Shown piece by piece: positions 8,066 to 17,726 of a DNA stretch of 60,741 nt; position 1 is the first letter of the stretch; each line of letters starts with the position of its first letter. The DNA comes from Gammaproteobacteria bacterium (lineage in GTDB: Bacteria; Pseudomonadota; Gammaproteobacteria; UBA9214): the NCBI GenBank assembly GCA_029860045.1, contig JAOUBY010000005.1, positions 1-60,741 of the forward strand, written 5' to 3'. Made by a program: the position numbers and the translations under genes. Under the pieces are notes generated by a model. That model was given only the letters and a program-made list of their open reading frames with translations, was not told the DNA's origin and did not search any database.

Positions 8066-9096
8066 AGCGTCGCCTCCTCCATGATCTCCAGGTACACCGC
8101 GCGCATGCGCCTGCAATATTCATCCAGATCGGAATTGTTAAACAGGTGACTGAGGTACGGGGGGTTAAGGGTACTGATGGTCACCTTGCCGCCCTGCTCC
8201 GTTACCGTGACCCGGCAGGGCAGGAATATACCCACACGCGGGTCAACTGCCAGCGCCTCATACAGGAACCTGAAATTACAGAAATGCAGGATGACCTGCT
8301 GCTGGTTCTCCTGCGCTTTCTCTACCAGTCCGTGTTCCAGGGTATCGGACCGGATCAGGACGAAATTCTGGCTGATGATGGCCTGTTTGAGGTTTTCGAC
8401 GGTTTCCTCAATCGAGTAAGGTGAGTCAACCGTTATTGTCGCCAGTTCACCGGTTTTATCTGCTGCCTTGACGGGGTCCTTGCTCTCGAAGGACCTCACG
8501 TAACTGACCAGGTCATCGATATCGCGCTCGGACAGGCCCTGCTCAAGGAAGGAACGCATTGGCGAGCCTTTACGCCCGAACTGCAAGGTGTGCTTTATCA
8601 TGGCGTCTGTCGCGGCGCGCAGGAAGCCGCTGTTGTTGAGCGCCGGCGCAATAATTGGCTGGTCCCGATGACGTGAAAGGGTAATACCTGTCCCTCTCCC
8701 CCCCTCGCCACTGGCCCCGTGACAACCTGCACAACGGGTGGCAAACAGTGCCTTGCCATGCTGCGCATCGCCCGACACCGGTGTCGACGCGTAAACCGGA
8801 GCCGGTTGCTTCGACCAGCTACGTATGAAGGCCACAATCGCGTTGGTCTGCGCATCACTCAATGCACTGAAGGCAGGCATGACCCGGCCGGGGCGTCCGT
8901 AACGTATGCTGATAGCCAGAAACCGGTCATCGACGCTGTCGAGAAAGGACGGCAACGACAGCGGCACACCGACACCACCACCGCCCTTGTCGCCATGACA
9001 GGCCGCACAGTGGCTTGCATACAGGGCCGTGCCATCCGGCGCAGCAACGGCAACCAGGCTAACAGCAAGTAAAAAAAGTCCAATAATCAAACGCAT
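8062..9096 (-). CDS. Diheme cytochrome c fused to a DUF302 domain
   Basis: Signal peptide. CAACH..MP and CAGCH..M motifs. C-terminal DUF302 (ETVENLKQAI..FCN..LPCRVTV.E..G.VTI). Confidence 0.85.
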   Translation of the reverse strand: MRLIIGLFLLAVSLVAVAAPDGTALYASHCAACHGDKGGGGVGVPLSLPSFLDSVDDRFLAISIRYGRPGRVMPAFSALSDAQTNAIVAFIRSWSKQPAPVYASTPVSGDAQHGKALFATRCAGCHGASGEGGRGTGITLSRHRDQPIIAPALNNSGFLRAATDAMIKHTLQFGRKGSPMRSFLEQGLSERDIDDLVSYVRSFESKDPVKAADKTGELATITVDSPYSIEETVENLKQAIISQNFVLIRSDTLEHGLVEKAQENQQQVILHFCNFRFLYEALAVDPRVGIFLPCRVTVTEQGGKVTISTLNPPYLSHLFNNSDLDEYCRRMRAVYLEIMEEATL

Positions 9097-9181
9097 AATC
9101 AGGATAATCTCCCGTGGGCGCACACCTTTAATAATAAGAAATCAACGTTATAATAATATTATCATATATATGTATGTTTTT

Positions 9182-9195
9182 TTGACGCAGGTCAA
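9182..9195. promoter_or_regulatory. FNR-type box in the divergent cytochrome c/sgp promoter
   Basis: TTGAC-GCAG-GTCAA. Confidence 0.55.
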
Positions 9196-9272
9196 TGCTC
9201 CTTGGATCCAATTCAGCAATCATAATGCTGTCTATAATTCTGTATGGACTCATTGTAAAGGAGGATTTACCG

Positions 9273-9698
9273 ATGAAAAGCTTGAAAATGACAATTGCAA
9301 TTGCCGCAATCGCCGGACTGGCCGCACTGCCGATGACATCTGCCCATGCATGGGGTGGTTGGGGTCCGTGGAGCGGTAATAATGGCTGGGGCAACGACGG
9401 TTGGGGCGACGGCAGTGGCGACTTCGACGGCGACTTCAACATGGGCTTCAGCGGCGGCGGCCGGGGTTCCGGCTACGGTCGCGGTTACGGTCGTGGTTAT
9501 GGTCGAGGCTATGGTTATGACGGTTATGGGCCGGGTTACGGCTACGGCGGCTATCCGGGCTACGGCTACGGTGGTGGCTACCCGGGCTACGGCTACGGTG
9601 GTGGCTACCCGGGCTACGGCTATGCGCCGTACGGCGGTGTTCCCTATGGCGCACCAGCAGCTCCGGCCGCTCCGGCCGCTCCGGCCGCCAGCCAGTAA
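9273..9698 (+). CDS. Sulfur globule envelope protein (SgpA/SgpB-like)
   Basis: AGGAGG RBS. Signal peptide ending [31 protein letters not shown], then G/Y/P-rich repeats and an APAAP tail. Confidence 0.8.
   Translation: MKSLKMTIAIAAIAGLAALPMTSAHAWGGWGPWSGNNGWGNDGWGDGSGDFDGDFNMGFSGGGRGSGYGRGYGRGYGRGYGYDGYGPGYGYGGYPGYGYGGGYPGYGYGGGYPGYGYAPYGGVPYGAPAAPAAPAAPAASQ
9546..9623 (+). repeat. 27-bp coding tandem repeat (GGYPGYGYG x3)
   Basis: ggyggctayccgggctacggctacggt units inside the sgp-like gene. Confidence 0.8.
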
Positions 9699-9761
9699 GC
9701 ACGACCTGCCGTGTCATGCACAGGGATGTGCATGCGCTGGCAAGCCAGCTCTGCGTAAGGT

Positions 9762-9798
9762 ATAAAACAGGTCTGTTTTACAGGCCTGTTTTATTTTT
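9762..9798 (+). terminator. Rho-independent terminator after the sgp-like gene
   Basis: ATAAAACAGG...CCTGTTTTAT stem plus T tract. Confidence 0.7.
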
Positions 9799-9827
9799 CA
9801 CACCCCGACTCACTTACCGAGGTCGCA

Positions 9828-10448
9828 ATGAAAATACACCGACTCGCTGTTTTTCTTCTTGCTGTATTCGCGGCAACACAAACTGCCACGGCAGCACCCT
9901 ACCCGTCCGGCCACCAGGCCCCCTGGCAAGCCCCGGCGGCAGATAAAATTGATTCAACCCATCCCGGCGCCATTGTCAGGGCCGGCGTCACCAAGCTCAC
10001 CAATTTCATCAAGAGTGGACGCGCACAGAATCGTGAGCAGGCACTGGCATTCATGGCCACGGAAATCGAGCCCTATTTTGACTTCGGCTACATGACGCGC
10101 TGGGCAGCAGGCCCCGCCTGGAGACGCATGTCTCCGCAGCAACGCGCGGGTATGGAGACCAAGCTGAAAACATCGTTCATGGACACACTGGCGCAAAAAC
10201 TGGTGACCTACACCAACCAGTCGATCCGTTACTTCACGCCACGCGGCCAGGGTAGCAACGATGTCCGTGTCAGTGCCTGGATCATGCAGCCGAATGGCAT
10301 CCCGACCAAGCTGGAATTCCGCTTTTACAGAAGCCAGGACGGATGGAAGATTTTTGACGTCAAGGCCGAGGGTAACAGCGCCGTGGTCTATTACCGCAAG
10401 CAGTTCCGCAACCTGATGCAGCCGGAGCGCCGCTCCCCTTACTACTAG
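9828..10448 (+). CDS. MlaC/Ttg2D-family periplasmic lipid-binding protein
   Basis: Signal peptide. PYFDF..M.R.A.G..WR..S..QR and WKIFDV.AEG.S.V..YR.QF motifs. Confidence 0.85.
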   Translation: MKIHRLAVFLLAVFAATQTATAAPYPSGHQAPWQAPAADKIDSTHPGAIVRAGVTKLTNFIKSGRAQNREQALAFMATEIEPYFDFGYMTRWAAGPAWRRMSPQQRAGMETKLKTSFMDTLAQKLVTYTNQSIRYFTPRGQGSNDVRVSAWIMQPNGIPTKLEFRFYRSQDGWKIFDVKAEGNSAVVYYRKQFRNLMQPERRSPYY

Positions 10449-10699
10449 TTTGCACTGAAAATGCCGCTCGCATGAGACATGCGGGCGGCGCCTGCCGTCC
10501 GGCAACCCCCTGATTCCCATCCACTCTTCTGAATTTCCTACCGGCACTTAATAGATGACGGACAGGTGCCGTTATATATCAGTGTTGTTTGCATAGTCAG
10601 TATTTGACAGGGTCCATGTCGACCCCTGCAGGCACACCTCATCATCAAGACACGCAGGCCCGCACAAGGCAACAGGCCTGCCAAAACAAGGTACCGACG

Positions 10700-12355
10700 A
10701 TGACACCGTATACGAAAACACTGGTTGGCCATCTCACAAACGTCGAGACCGGGTCGCTTTCCGCGCGCCTGGTCGAGGACAACGAGGGCAGACTGCCACG
10801 CATTTCGGCCGATGGAGATGACGATATGAGGGCCCAGCCCGGCTCCTACGTCGCCATCATCCAGGGCGACATCCGGATACTGGCCGTCATCACCTCGATC
10901 TGTGAAATGCCGGACCCGAACGGCTCGGGTAGCTGCAGGAGCATTCAGCTCATCCCGCTGGGCGAAATTGTACGCAGCGGCACCTTTCAGAACGGTATCA
11001 AGAGCTACCCGGTCACCGGCGCCGAAGTACACACCGTCGACAAGGAAGATGTTGAATCGATCTTCATCAAGTTTCGCTCACAGGGTTACGCAGTTGGCAA
11101 TGCCACCGCTGATGAAAGCATTGATGTCTGCCTCGACCCGGCCGCACTGTTTGGCCGTCACTTTGCGATCCTGGGCCAGTCAGGTGCAGGTAAATCCTGG
11201 ACTGTAGCCAACCTGTTGCAACGCGCCGTCAAGACCATGCCCAATGCGCACATCGTCCTGCTCGACCTGCATGGCGAATACAGCTGGCTGAATAATGAGG
11301 GCAAACGGCAGTATGCATTTACTCAGGATACCGCCCGCTATATCGATGCACGCGACCTGGAAATTCCCTACTGGCTGATGACCTTCTCCGAGCTGGTCGA
11401 CCTGCTGATCGATCGCGCCGATGCGTCAGCCTCATCACAGATTTCTTTTCTGCGCGACAGCGTGCATGAGCTGCGCAACAAGGCGAACAAGGACCTCGGC
11501 ATCGGCGATTTATCAATCGACGCGCCGGTCTTCTTCGACCTGCAGGAGTTGTATAAACACTTCGAGGCCGCCAACAAGATGACCTCGAACTTCGGCAAGG
11601 ACAAGGGTCCGCTGGCCGGCCTGTTTGACCAGTTCCTCATGCGCCTGCAGAGCCGCATGAACGATGTGCGTTATGACTTCCTGCTCAATCCGAAGCATCG
11701 CACCTCGTCTGATACGCTGCCCGGCCTGTTGCGGGACTTTGTCGGCCTGGGTGAGCCACGCGCACAGATCACCATTATCGACATGAGTTCGGTGCCGTTT
11801 GATGTGCGCCCTGTAGTAACTGCGCAGGTCGGACGTGTTGCGTTCGAATTCAACTACTGGAACCCGATGTTCAAGGAATTCCCGCTGTTGCTGGTCTGCG
11901 AAGAGGCACATGCCTACATTCCGCGCGATGGCAACTCGCAGTTCGAGGGTACCCGACAGTCCATGCAACGTATCGCCAAGGAGGGACGCAAGTACGGTGT
12001 AGGCCTTGCCGTGGTGACACAGCGTCCGCATGACCTGTCCGAAACGGTACTGGCCCAGTGCAATACCTTCGTTTGCCTGCGCCTGACCAACCCGGACGAC
12101 CAGGATTACGTGCGTGATCTGGTACCGGAAGCCGAGCGTGACTTTATCGACATCCTGTCATCGCTTGGCCAGGGTGAGGCCATGATCATGGGGTTGGCAG
12201 TACCTCTGCCGACTCGCGTACAACTGTTCAAGCCGGACCCGCCACCGAACAGTTCCAGCGTGGATTTCTACCAACACTGGAGCTCCGGGCTGGAAGATCT
12301 CGATGTGGATGATATTGTGAATCGCTGGCGCCGGCAGGACCGCCTGCACCGCTAG
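10700..12355 (+). CDS. HerA/DUF87-family P-loop ATPase
   Basis: N-terminal HAS-barrel-like region. RHFAILGQSGAGKS (Walker A), LDLHGEY, LVCEEAH (Walker B), KEGRKYG, TQRP. Start uncertain (10589 or 10700). Confidence 0.88.
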   Translation: MTPYTKTLVGHLTNVETGSLSARLVEDNEGRLPRISADGDDDMRAQPGSYVAIIQGDIRILAVITSICEMPDPNGSGSCRSIQLIPLGEIVRSGTFQNGIKSYPVTGAEVHTVDKEDVESIFIKFRSQGYAVGNATADESIDVCLDPAALFGRHFAILGQSGAGKSWTVANLLQRAVKTMPNAHIVLLDLHGEYSWLNNEGKRQYAFTQDTARYIDARDLEIPYWLMTFSELVDLLIDRADASASSQISFLRDSVHELRNKANKDLGIGDLSIDAPVFFDLQELYKHFEAANKMTSNFGKDKGPLAGLFDQFLMRLQSRMNDVRYDFLLNPKHRTSSDTLPGLLRDFVGLGEPRAQITIIDMSSVPFDVRPVVTAQVGRVAFEFNYWNPMFKEFPLLLVCEEAHAYIPRDGNSQFEGTRQSMQRIAKEGRKYGVGLAVVTQRPHDLSETVLAQCNTFVCLRLTNPDDQDYVRDLVPEAERDFIDILSSLGQGEAMIMGLAVPLPTRVQLFKPDPPPNSSSVDFYQHWSSGLEDLDVDDIVNRWRRQDRLHR

Positions 12356-12372
12356 GGAAAACTACCCGGCGG

Positions 12373-13569
12373 CTATCCGGCCGCCTCTTCCTCGATCAGT
12401 TCGTCGCGCCCGATCAGGCGCAGGATCTGCTCGCGCGCGGCAAGCCCGTCCTTGTATCCAAGTTCCATCAGTTCCTTGCAGAACGGCGCGTCAAACATCA
12501 GGTAACTCATCAGTGGTCGGCCCTCGCGCGTCAATGCGCCAATCCCCTTGAGCAGGACGCGTACCGAGCGAGGGAAGTCACCCACGTGCCGGGCCACGAT
12601 CTCGCGCACGTCGGTACTCGGTGAAATTACCAGGTAATCGATCTGGCGCAGCGCTGTATCCTTGTACTCGACGCGGTTGTCCTTTGTTTCGGAGATGGTG
12701 TGGTTGATGCGCCGCATCCGTTCGATGTCAGCATCCAGGCTGTCCATGAACAGGCTGTCAAAGATATAACCGGAAATCTGCCCAAAGGAAGGATATTTGA
12801 CATCACGGTCGTCTTCCGGCGGCATGTCCTGTTTCGGGTTCCTGACACCGATAATCAGCAGGCGGTTGGCACCCATGTGCAAGGCCGGGCTCAGTGGCGC
12901 GGTCTGGCGCATTGAACCATCCCCGAAGAATTCATTGCGCAACTTGACGGCAGGAAACAGCACCGGGATTGCCGAAGACGCCATCAGGTGGTTGAGAGTC
13001 AACTCGGTTGGTTGCCCGATGCGGCGGGTACGCTTCCAGGGCTGCAGCTCCTTCAGCCCCTGGTAGAAGGTGACCGAGTTGTCACTGGTATAGCCGGATG
13101 TAGTTACTGACACGGCGCGCAAGGCGCCGCTGTCTATTGCCTGCTGGATTCTGGCAAAACGGATATGCCGTTCCATCAACTCGCGCAACGGTGAATTGTC
13201 CAGTACCGACCGGGGCTGCTTTTTTGTCAGCCCGCCGAGCAGGAACGTGGTGGCCCAGCGCCAGGCGCTGACGAAGGCCGTCCAGCCATCGGTCTTGAAT
13301 ACCTTGCCGATATGAAAGTTGGCCCAGATCCCCCACAGGCGGTCGACACCTTCCCTGAAACGGTTTGCACTGCTGGCCAGCAAGACGGCATTCAGCGCCC
13401 CTGACGAGGTGCCGCAAATCACCGGAAACGGGTTTTCCGCGTCTTCCGGCAGCATGTCGGCAATCGCCTTCAGTACCCCGGCCTGGTAGGCATTACGCGC
13501 ACCACCGCCCGGCAGGATCAGCCCCGTGACCTGCTCTTCCTGCTTCTTTTTAAATGAAATCCAGTACAT
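12373..13569 (-). CDS. Patatin-like phospholipase
   Basis: GGGARNAY glycine loop, GTSSG nucleophile, SSAIP..FP and DGS motifs. Confidence 0.92.
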   Translation of the reverse strand: MYWISFKKKQEEQVTGLILPGGGARNAYQAGVLKAIADMLPEDAENPFPVICGTSSGALNAVLLASSANRFREGVDRLWGIWANFHIGKVFKTDGWTAFVSAWRWATTFLLGGLTKKQPRSVLDNSPLRELMERHIRFARIQQAIDSGALRAVSVTTSGYTSDNSVTFYQGLKELQPWKRTRRIGQPTELTLNHLMASSAIPVLFPAVKLRNEFFGDGSMRQTAPLSPALHMGANRLLIIGVRNPKQDMPPEDDRDVKYPSFGQISGYIFDSLFMDSLDADIERMRRINHTISETKDNRVEYKDTALRQIDYLVISPSTDVREIVARHVGDFPRSVRVLLKGIGALTREGRPLMSYLMFDAPFCKELMELGYKDGLAAREQILRLIGRDELIEEEAAG

Positions 13570-13589
13570 AGAGCAGTATTTTTTTCCAC

Positions 13590-13603
13590 TTGATTGCTAT
13601 CAT
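13590..13603. promoter_or_regulatory. FNR-type box
   Basis: TTGAT-TGCT-ATCAT between the divergent patatin and antiporter genes. Confidence 0.5.
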
Positions 13604-13702
13604 ATCGGCCTTATACACCATATATATAATGCAAATGGTGAATATTTTCGAATCCCTGGCCGACGTGAAGGCAACGCCAGGCAGCTGCCGGGAAACATAT
13701 CC

Positions 13703-14938
13703 ATGGAAACACACGTATTTTTCCTGCACCTGCTGATTATCCTGCTTAGTGCACGCCTGCTGGCCGAAGTCGCATTAACGCTCGGGGCGCCCGCAGTCAT
13801 AGGTGAACTGACTGCGGGAATCATCCTGGGACCGAGCCTGCTCGGCATACTGGAGCCGAATGAGGTGCTCCGCATGCTGGCCGAGATCGGTATCATCCTG
13901 CTGCTGTTTGAGGTTGGCCTGGAAACCGACGTACGAAAGCTGGCACATGCCGGCAACAAGTCACTGTTAGTGGCAATCGGCGGGTTTGCAGTACCGTTCC
14001 TGCTCGGCTTTATCCTGGCATATCAGTTCTTCGGCCTTTCGCTGCTGGTGTCGCTGTTCATTGGTGGCACGCTCACCGCCACCAGTATCGGCATCACGGT
14101 GCGCGTGCTGTCAGACCTGATGCGCCATAATGAAAAAGAAGGGCAAATTGTCATTGGTGCCGCGGTCGTTGACGACGTACTGGGCGTGGTATTACTCGCA
14201 TTGCTCTATGAGTTTTCCATTGGTGGTGGCATTAATCTGATAAATGCCGGCAAGGTACTGATGTTTATCACGGCATTCTTTGTGCTTGCGCCAATTGCTG
14301 CGAAATTAATTTCGATTTTAATCCACTGGGTCGACCGGACGCACAGGCGACCGGGCCTCATCCCAACGATGATCATATCACTGGTGTTGTTCTTCGCGTG
14401 GCTGGCACACGTCATTGGCGCACCCGAGATACTCGGCGGGTTTGCTGCCGGTCTGGCGCTGTCACGACGTTTCTTTCTACCCTTCGGTATCGCATTAAGT
14501 ACCAGTCGCGCCTTCTCTGACCGCATCGATCTCAAGATGCGGCCCATCATCCAGCTGTTCACCCCCATCTTCTTTGTCATGGTCGGACTGTCCATGAACC
14601 TGAATGAAATCGACTGGTCATCGCCATTTATATGGCAGTTCTCTCTGGTGTTTTTTGGAATTGCGGTACTGGGAAAATTTTCCGGTGCCCTGTTAATCAA
14701 TGAGCCATGGCGCATGCGTTTTATTACCGGACTGGCCATGGTTCCACGCGGTGAAGTCGGACTGATCTTTGCGGAACTGGGCCGTACCGGCGGTATCTTC
14801 AACAATGAAGTCTACGCCGCTATCATTATAGTAATCGCATTGACGACATTGCTTCCGCCTTTTCTGATCAAATGGTTTTATAGCCACTATGGATCAGCCC
14901 TGCCCACGGAACCGACAGGCAGTCGTACAGACAAGTGA
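13703..14938 (+). CDS. Cation:proton antiporter (CPA2, NapA/KefB-like)
   Basis: About 12 TM helices. GELTAGIILGPS, LLFEVGLE, ATSIGIT, AAVVDDV, PIFFV and MVPRGEV motifs. Confidence 0.93.
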   Translation: METHVFFLHLLIILLSARLLAEVALTLGAPAVIGELTAGIILGPSLLGILEPNEVLRMLAEIGIILLLFEVGLETDVRKLAHAGNKSLLVAIGGFAVPFLLGFILAYQFFGLSLLVSLFIGGTLTATSIGITVRVLSDLMRHNEKEGQIVIGAAVVDDVLGVVLLALLYEFSIGGGINLINAGKVLMFITAFFVLAPIAAKLISILIHWVDRTHRRPGLIPTMIISLVLFFAWLAHVIGAPEILGGFAAGLALSRRFFLPFGIALSTSRAFSDRIDLKMRPIIQLFTPIFFVMVGLSMNLNEIDWSSPFIWQFSLVFFGIAVLGKFSGALLINEPWRMRFITGLAMVPRGEVGLIFAELGRTGGIFNNEVYAAIIIVIALTTLLPPFLIKWFYSHYGSALPTEPTGSRTDK

Positions 14939-14941
14939 TTG

Positions 14942-14955
14942 TTGATCTGGATCAA
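14942..14955 (+). promoter_or_regulatory. FNR/DNR box upstream of the CBS gene
   Basis: Perfect TTGAT-CTGG-ATCAA, with TATACT -10 at 14979-14984. Confidence 0.8.
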
Positions 14956-15041
14956 CTACTGCCAGACAACGATGAAACTATACTGCACCAGAGGCATCAC
15001 CAGACCGGTGGATAACACCGGAAATAAGGAGGGAAGCGCCG

Positions 15042-15500
15042 GTGAAAGCAGCAGAACTCTGTATACGTGAAGTAATCGTCGCGAGTCGGGAAACCTCCAT
15101 AGTGGATGCTGCCCGCCTGATGCGTGAACATCACATCGGCTGCCTGGTTATAACCGACGATATCGCCGGTCATCCCAGTCCGGTCGGGATCCTGACTGAC
15201 CGCGATATCGTGATCGAGGTCATTGCAAAAGACATCCCGCTGAATGACGTCACGGTGGGTGATGTGATGACCTTTGCCCTGCTCAAGGTATCGGAAGACG
15301 AAGAACTCTTTGATGTTGCACAGCGCATGCGTGCGCGCGGTGTGCGACGGGTGCCGGTCATTACTGCCGACACCGGCGCACTGGCCGGCATCATTGCCAT
15401 GGACGACATACTCAGTCTGCTCAGTCAGGAGCTGTCACTGCTGTCCACCCTGACCTCTCGCGAGGCCGAACAGGAAGCCAGAAAACGCCCCCGGGGCTGA
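15042..15500 (+). CDS. CBS-domain pair protein (hypoxia-response type)
   Basis: AARLMREHHIGCL, VGILTDRDIV, GVRRVPV and GII..DD motifs. GTG start with a GGAGG RBS. Confidence 0.9.
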   Translation: MKAAELCIREVIVASRETSIVDAARLMREHHIGCLVITDDIAGHPSPVGILTDRDIVIEVIAKDIPLNDVTVGDVMTFALLKVSEDEELFDVAQRMRARGVRRVPVITADTGALAGIIAMDDILSLLSQELSLLSTLTSREAEQEARKRPRG

Positions 15501-15545
15501 CTTATACCGCTCCACGGTCCATCCACTGCCCGACCACGTGTCGCC

Positions 15546-15559
15546 TTGACAGGCGTCAA
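15546..15559 (+). promoter_or_regulatory. FNR-type box upstream of hsp20
   Basis: TTGAC-AGGC-GTCAA. Confidence 0.55.
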
Positions 15560-15617
15560 TGCACGCCTGCATGAAATGGTCTATATGTAGTAATGGAAAG
15601 GTAGAGACTAAAAGGAG

Positions 15618-16130
15618 GTGAGTAGCGTGGTAATCGCAACTGAAAAAGAGCAGGGCAAACAGCCACTGGAGCAGCAACCAGTGGAGCGTGGGCTGGGTCC
15701 ACAGGGTGAGCTTGGACGCCGACCAGGGATGTTCGGTCGGCGCGGCTGGTTTGATCCATTCAATCATGACTGGCTGCATGAGTTGGAATCGTTCAGTCCG
15801 TTTGGAGGCAAGGCGCCGAAAGTCGACATGCTGGACAGAAAAGGAGAGATTGTCGTGCGCGCTGAGTTACCCGGTGTCAGCAAGGATGACGTGGAGATCA
15901 CCGTTAGCGGACAACATGTGACGATAAGGGCACAGACGCAGCATGAGGAAAAGACAGAGGAAGACCGCTACTATCACTATGAAATGAGCCATGGTGAGTA
16001 CCAGCGCACCCTGTACCTTCCGGCTGAGGTAGACGACAGCGAGGCAAGGACAAGCTTTGAGGATGGCGTGCTTGAGCTGACCCTCCCAAAGCTGAAAAAG
16101 ACCGAAGAGCACGTCATCAAGGTCAAGTAA
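15618..16130 (+). CDS. Hsp20/alpha-crystallin small heat-shock protein
   Basis: PKVD..VRAELPGV.KDDVEI, G.YQR.L.LP.EVD, A.FEDGVLELTLPK. Confidence 0.93.
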   Translation: MSSVVIATEKEQGKQPLEQQPVERGLGPQGELGRRPGMFGRRGWFDPFNHDWLHELESFSPFGGKAPKVDMLDRKGEIVVRAELPGVSKDDVEITVSGQHVTIRAQTQHEEKTEEDRYYHYEMSHGEYQRTLYLPAEVDDSEARTSFEDGVLELTLPKLKKTEEHVIKVK

Positions 16131-16147
16131 GCCTACTCAACACGCAA

Positions 16148-16168
16148 GCGCCCGGCCTGGCCGGGCGC
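16148..16168. terminator. GC hairpin between convergent genes
   Basis: GCGCCCGGCC-t-GGCCGGGCGC. Confidence 0.5.
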
Positions 16169-16193
16169 ACTTCCCAGCGCAGACAATTACAAC

Positions 16194-16889
16194 TTATTCA
16201 GCTACAGGTGGCCCTGCATATGGCGGGCGGGGTGGCGGCACGACACGTCGGGGATTTGCCGTTTCGCCAAACAGTTCCGTGCGATATTTTTCGAGCTCTA
16301 CCCAGCGTTCCTCCGGCGTCATGTCTTTTATGTTTGCACGGAAAATCGCCAGTTGCTTGCGGCGTTCCTCTGCCTGCTCGCGCATCTCTTCGTGTCGATT
16401 GGCGAAGTCAATCTGTTGCTGCAGCGTGTTCTCCAGCAACGTTTCATGATTCTTGACCAGATAGTTATGCCGTTCTTCCGCCTGGTTGCGCAAGGCCTCG
16501 TGGCGGCTGATATCGTGCGCCTGTCGATCCTCGGCCTGTTTCAGCCAGGTTTCCATCTGGGCCTCGCGATATTTCTTCCTTGCCTCACGCCACTTCGCTG
16601 CCAGCGCACGACGTTCCTCACGCTGCTTGATATAGGCCTGCCGGTGCGCCTCCATTTGCGCCTGGATCTCCTGCTGATACCTGCTGAGGACTTTATCATT
16701 CGCAGGGAGATTTTCCTGCCGGCGATCAAACGTCTCGCGATAGGCACGGATACGCTGCTCTATCGGGCTTGCCGGTGCTTCCGGTCGTGCATCTGCTGCC
16801 ACCGCATCGGCCGGCGCCGCATCCTCCGCGTACAGTGGAGAAATCGTAATCAGCAGCATCAGTACTGCAGATAGGGGTTTAAGAAACAT
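16194..16889 (-). CDS. Secreted R/E/Q-rich coiled-coil hypothetical protein
   Basis: GGGAGG RBS. Signal peptide (..SPLYA). Charged helical body and a Pro-rich C-terminus. Confidence 0.75.
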   Translation of the reverse strand: MFLKPLSAVLMLLITISPLYAEDAAPADAVAADARPEAPASPIEQRIRAYRETFDRRQENLPANDKVLSRYQQEIQAQMEAHRQAYIKQREERRALAAKWREARKKYREAQMETWLKQAEDRQAHDISRHEALRNQAEERHNYLVKNHETLLENTLQQQIDFANRHEEMREQAEERRKQLAIFRANIKDMTPEERWVELEKYRTELFGETANPRRVVPPPRPPYAGPPVAE

Positions 16890-16983
16890 ATATCCTCCCG
16901 TGATGATGTACATCTGTACTGCACAGAATATCTTCAGTATAGCCAGCACATCCGTGACCGCAATCGGGGCCAGGCAGGCAACA

Positions 16984-17580
16984 TCAGGTTTCCCCGTCGC
17001 GCGCCCGGTTAATAAAAAACATCCTGCGCCACTTGTGCCGGCCTAGCAGTGCGTGTAATACCACCGCACCGACGTGCAACACCAGGTATAACGGTATCAA
17101 GCCCTCACCCACCTCGTGCAATTCCTCAACCAGGTGCAGGATGCCCCCGGCCTCCCTGCCTGGAACAAGGCTGAAGTACAACCAGGTACCGGTTGCAGCC
17201 ATCCATGCAAACAACAGCAGGCCGGCTGCCTGCACCAGCCCGGCCAGCCCGTGATGCAGTGGGCCGTCCGGCAACTTCAGCAACAACATGGCACGAATAT
17301 CATCCCACACCACAGACAGCCTGGGACCGGTCACCGGGAACCAGCTGGAAAACCGGATATTGGCCGGACCGACCAGACCGTACACCAGCCGCAGTGCAAT
17401 AATCACCGCCAGCGCCAGCCCAAGCCAGCTGTGGATGTTATAACCAAACGTCTCACCTTCCTCGACGTCTTCGGCCAGTTCACCGCTCAACCAGGCCGTG
17501 ATCCCGAACAGGACAAGACCAAGGTGAATGATCCGCGTCGTAACATCCAGTTCGCGACCGTTGTTGGGTGACATGTGCAT
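16984..17580 (-). CDS. Cytochrome b561/Ni-hydrogenase-type diheme cytochrome b
   Basis: Four TM helices. His in RIIH, NIHSWLG, EELHE and VLHVGAV. Confidence 0.85.
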   Translation of the reverse strand: MHMSPNNGRELDVTTRIIHLGLVLFGITAWLSGELAEDVEEGETFGYNIHSWLGLALAVIIALRLVYGLVGPANIRFSSWFPVTGPRLSVVWDDIRAMLLLKLPDGPLHHGLAGLVQAAGLLLFAWMAATGTWLYFSLVPGREAGGILHLVEELHEVGEGLIPLYLVLHVGAVVLHALLGRHKWRRMFFINRARDGET

Positions 17581-17632
17581 GGGGAAATTTCTTCAACCGC
17601 GACCATGCTAGCGCATGGTCTGGACACAGGTA

Positions 17633-17646
17633 TTAACCTGGATCAA
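17633..17646 (-). promoter_or_regulatory. FNR-type box upstream of cytochrome b
   Basis: TTGAT-CCAG-GTTAA on the minus strand, with a TAGCAT -10 candidate at 17610-17605. Confidence 0.5.
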
Positions 17647-17726
17647 ATTATACGGCACAACGCTGCCAGTGGCTGGTACCGGCCGAGCGATTGATCTTGT
17701 TATAGACATTGTACTAGCCGGAGGGT

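Noticed and set aside
9470-9690. Low-complexity GGY/GGC repeats as a non-coding VNTR
   Set aside because: They are explained as the Gly/Tyr/Pro-rich coding repeats of the sulfur-globule protein.
10700-13569. HerA plus patatin as an anti-phage system (CBASS CapV-like or HerA-effector)
   Set aside because: The genes are convergent rather than operonic. There is no cyclase, SIR2 or nuclease, no mobility genes, and no obvious compositional shift.
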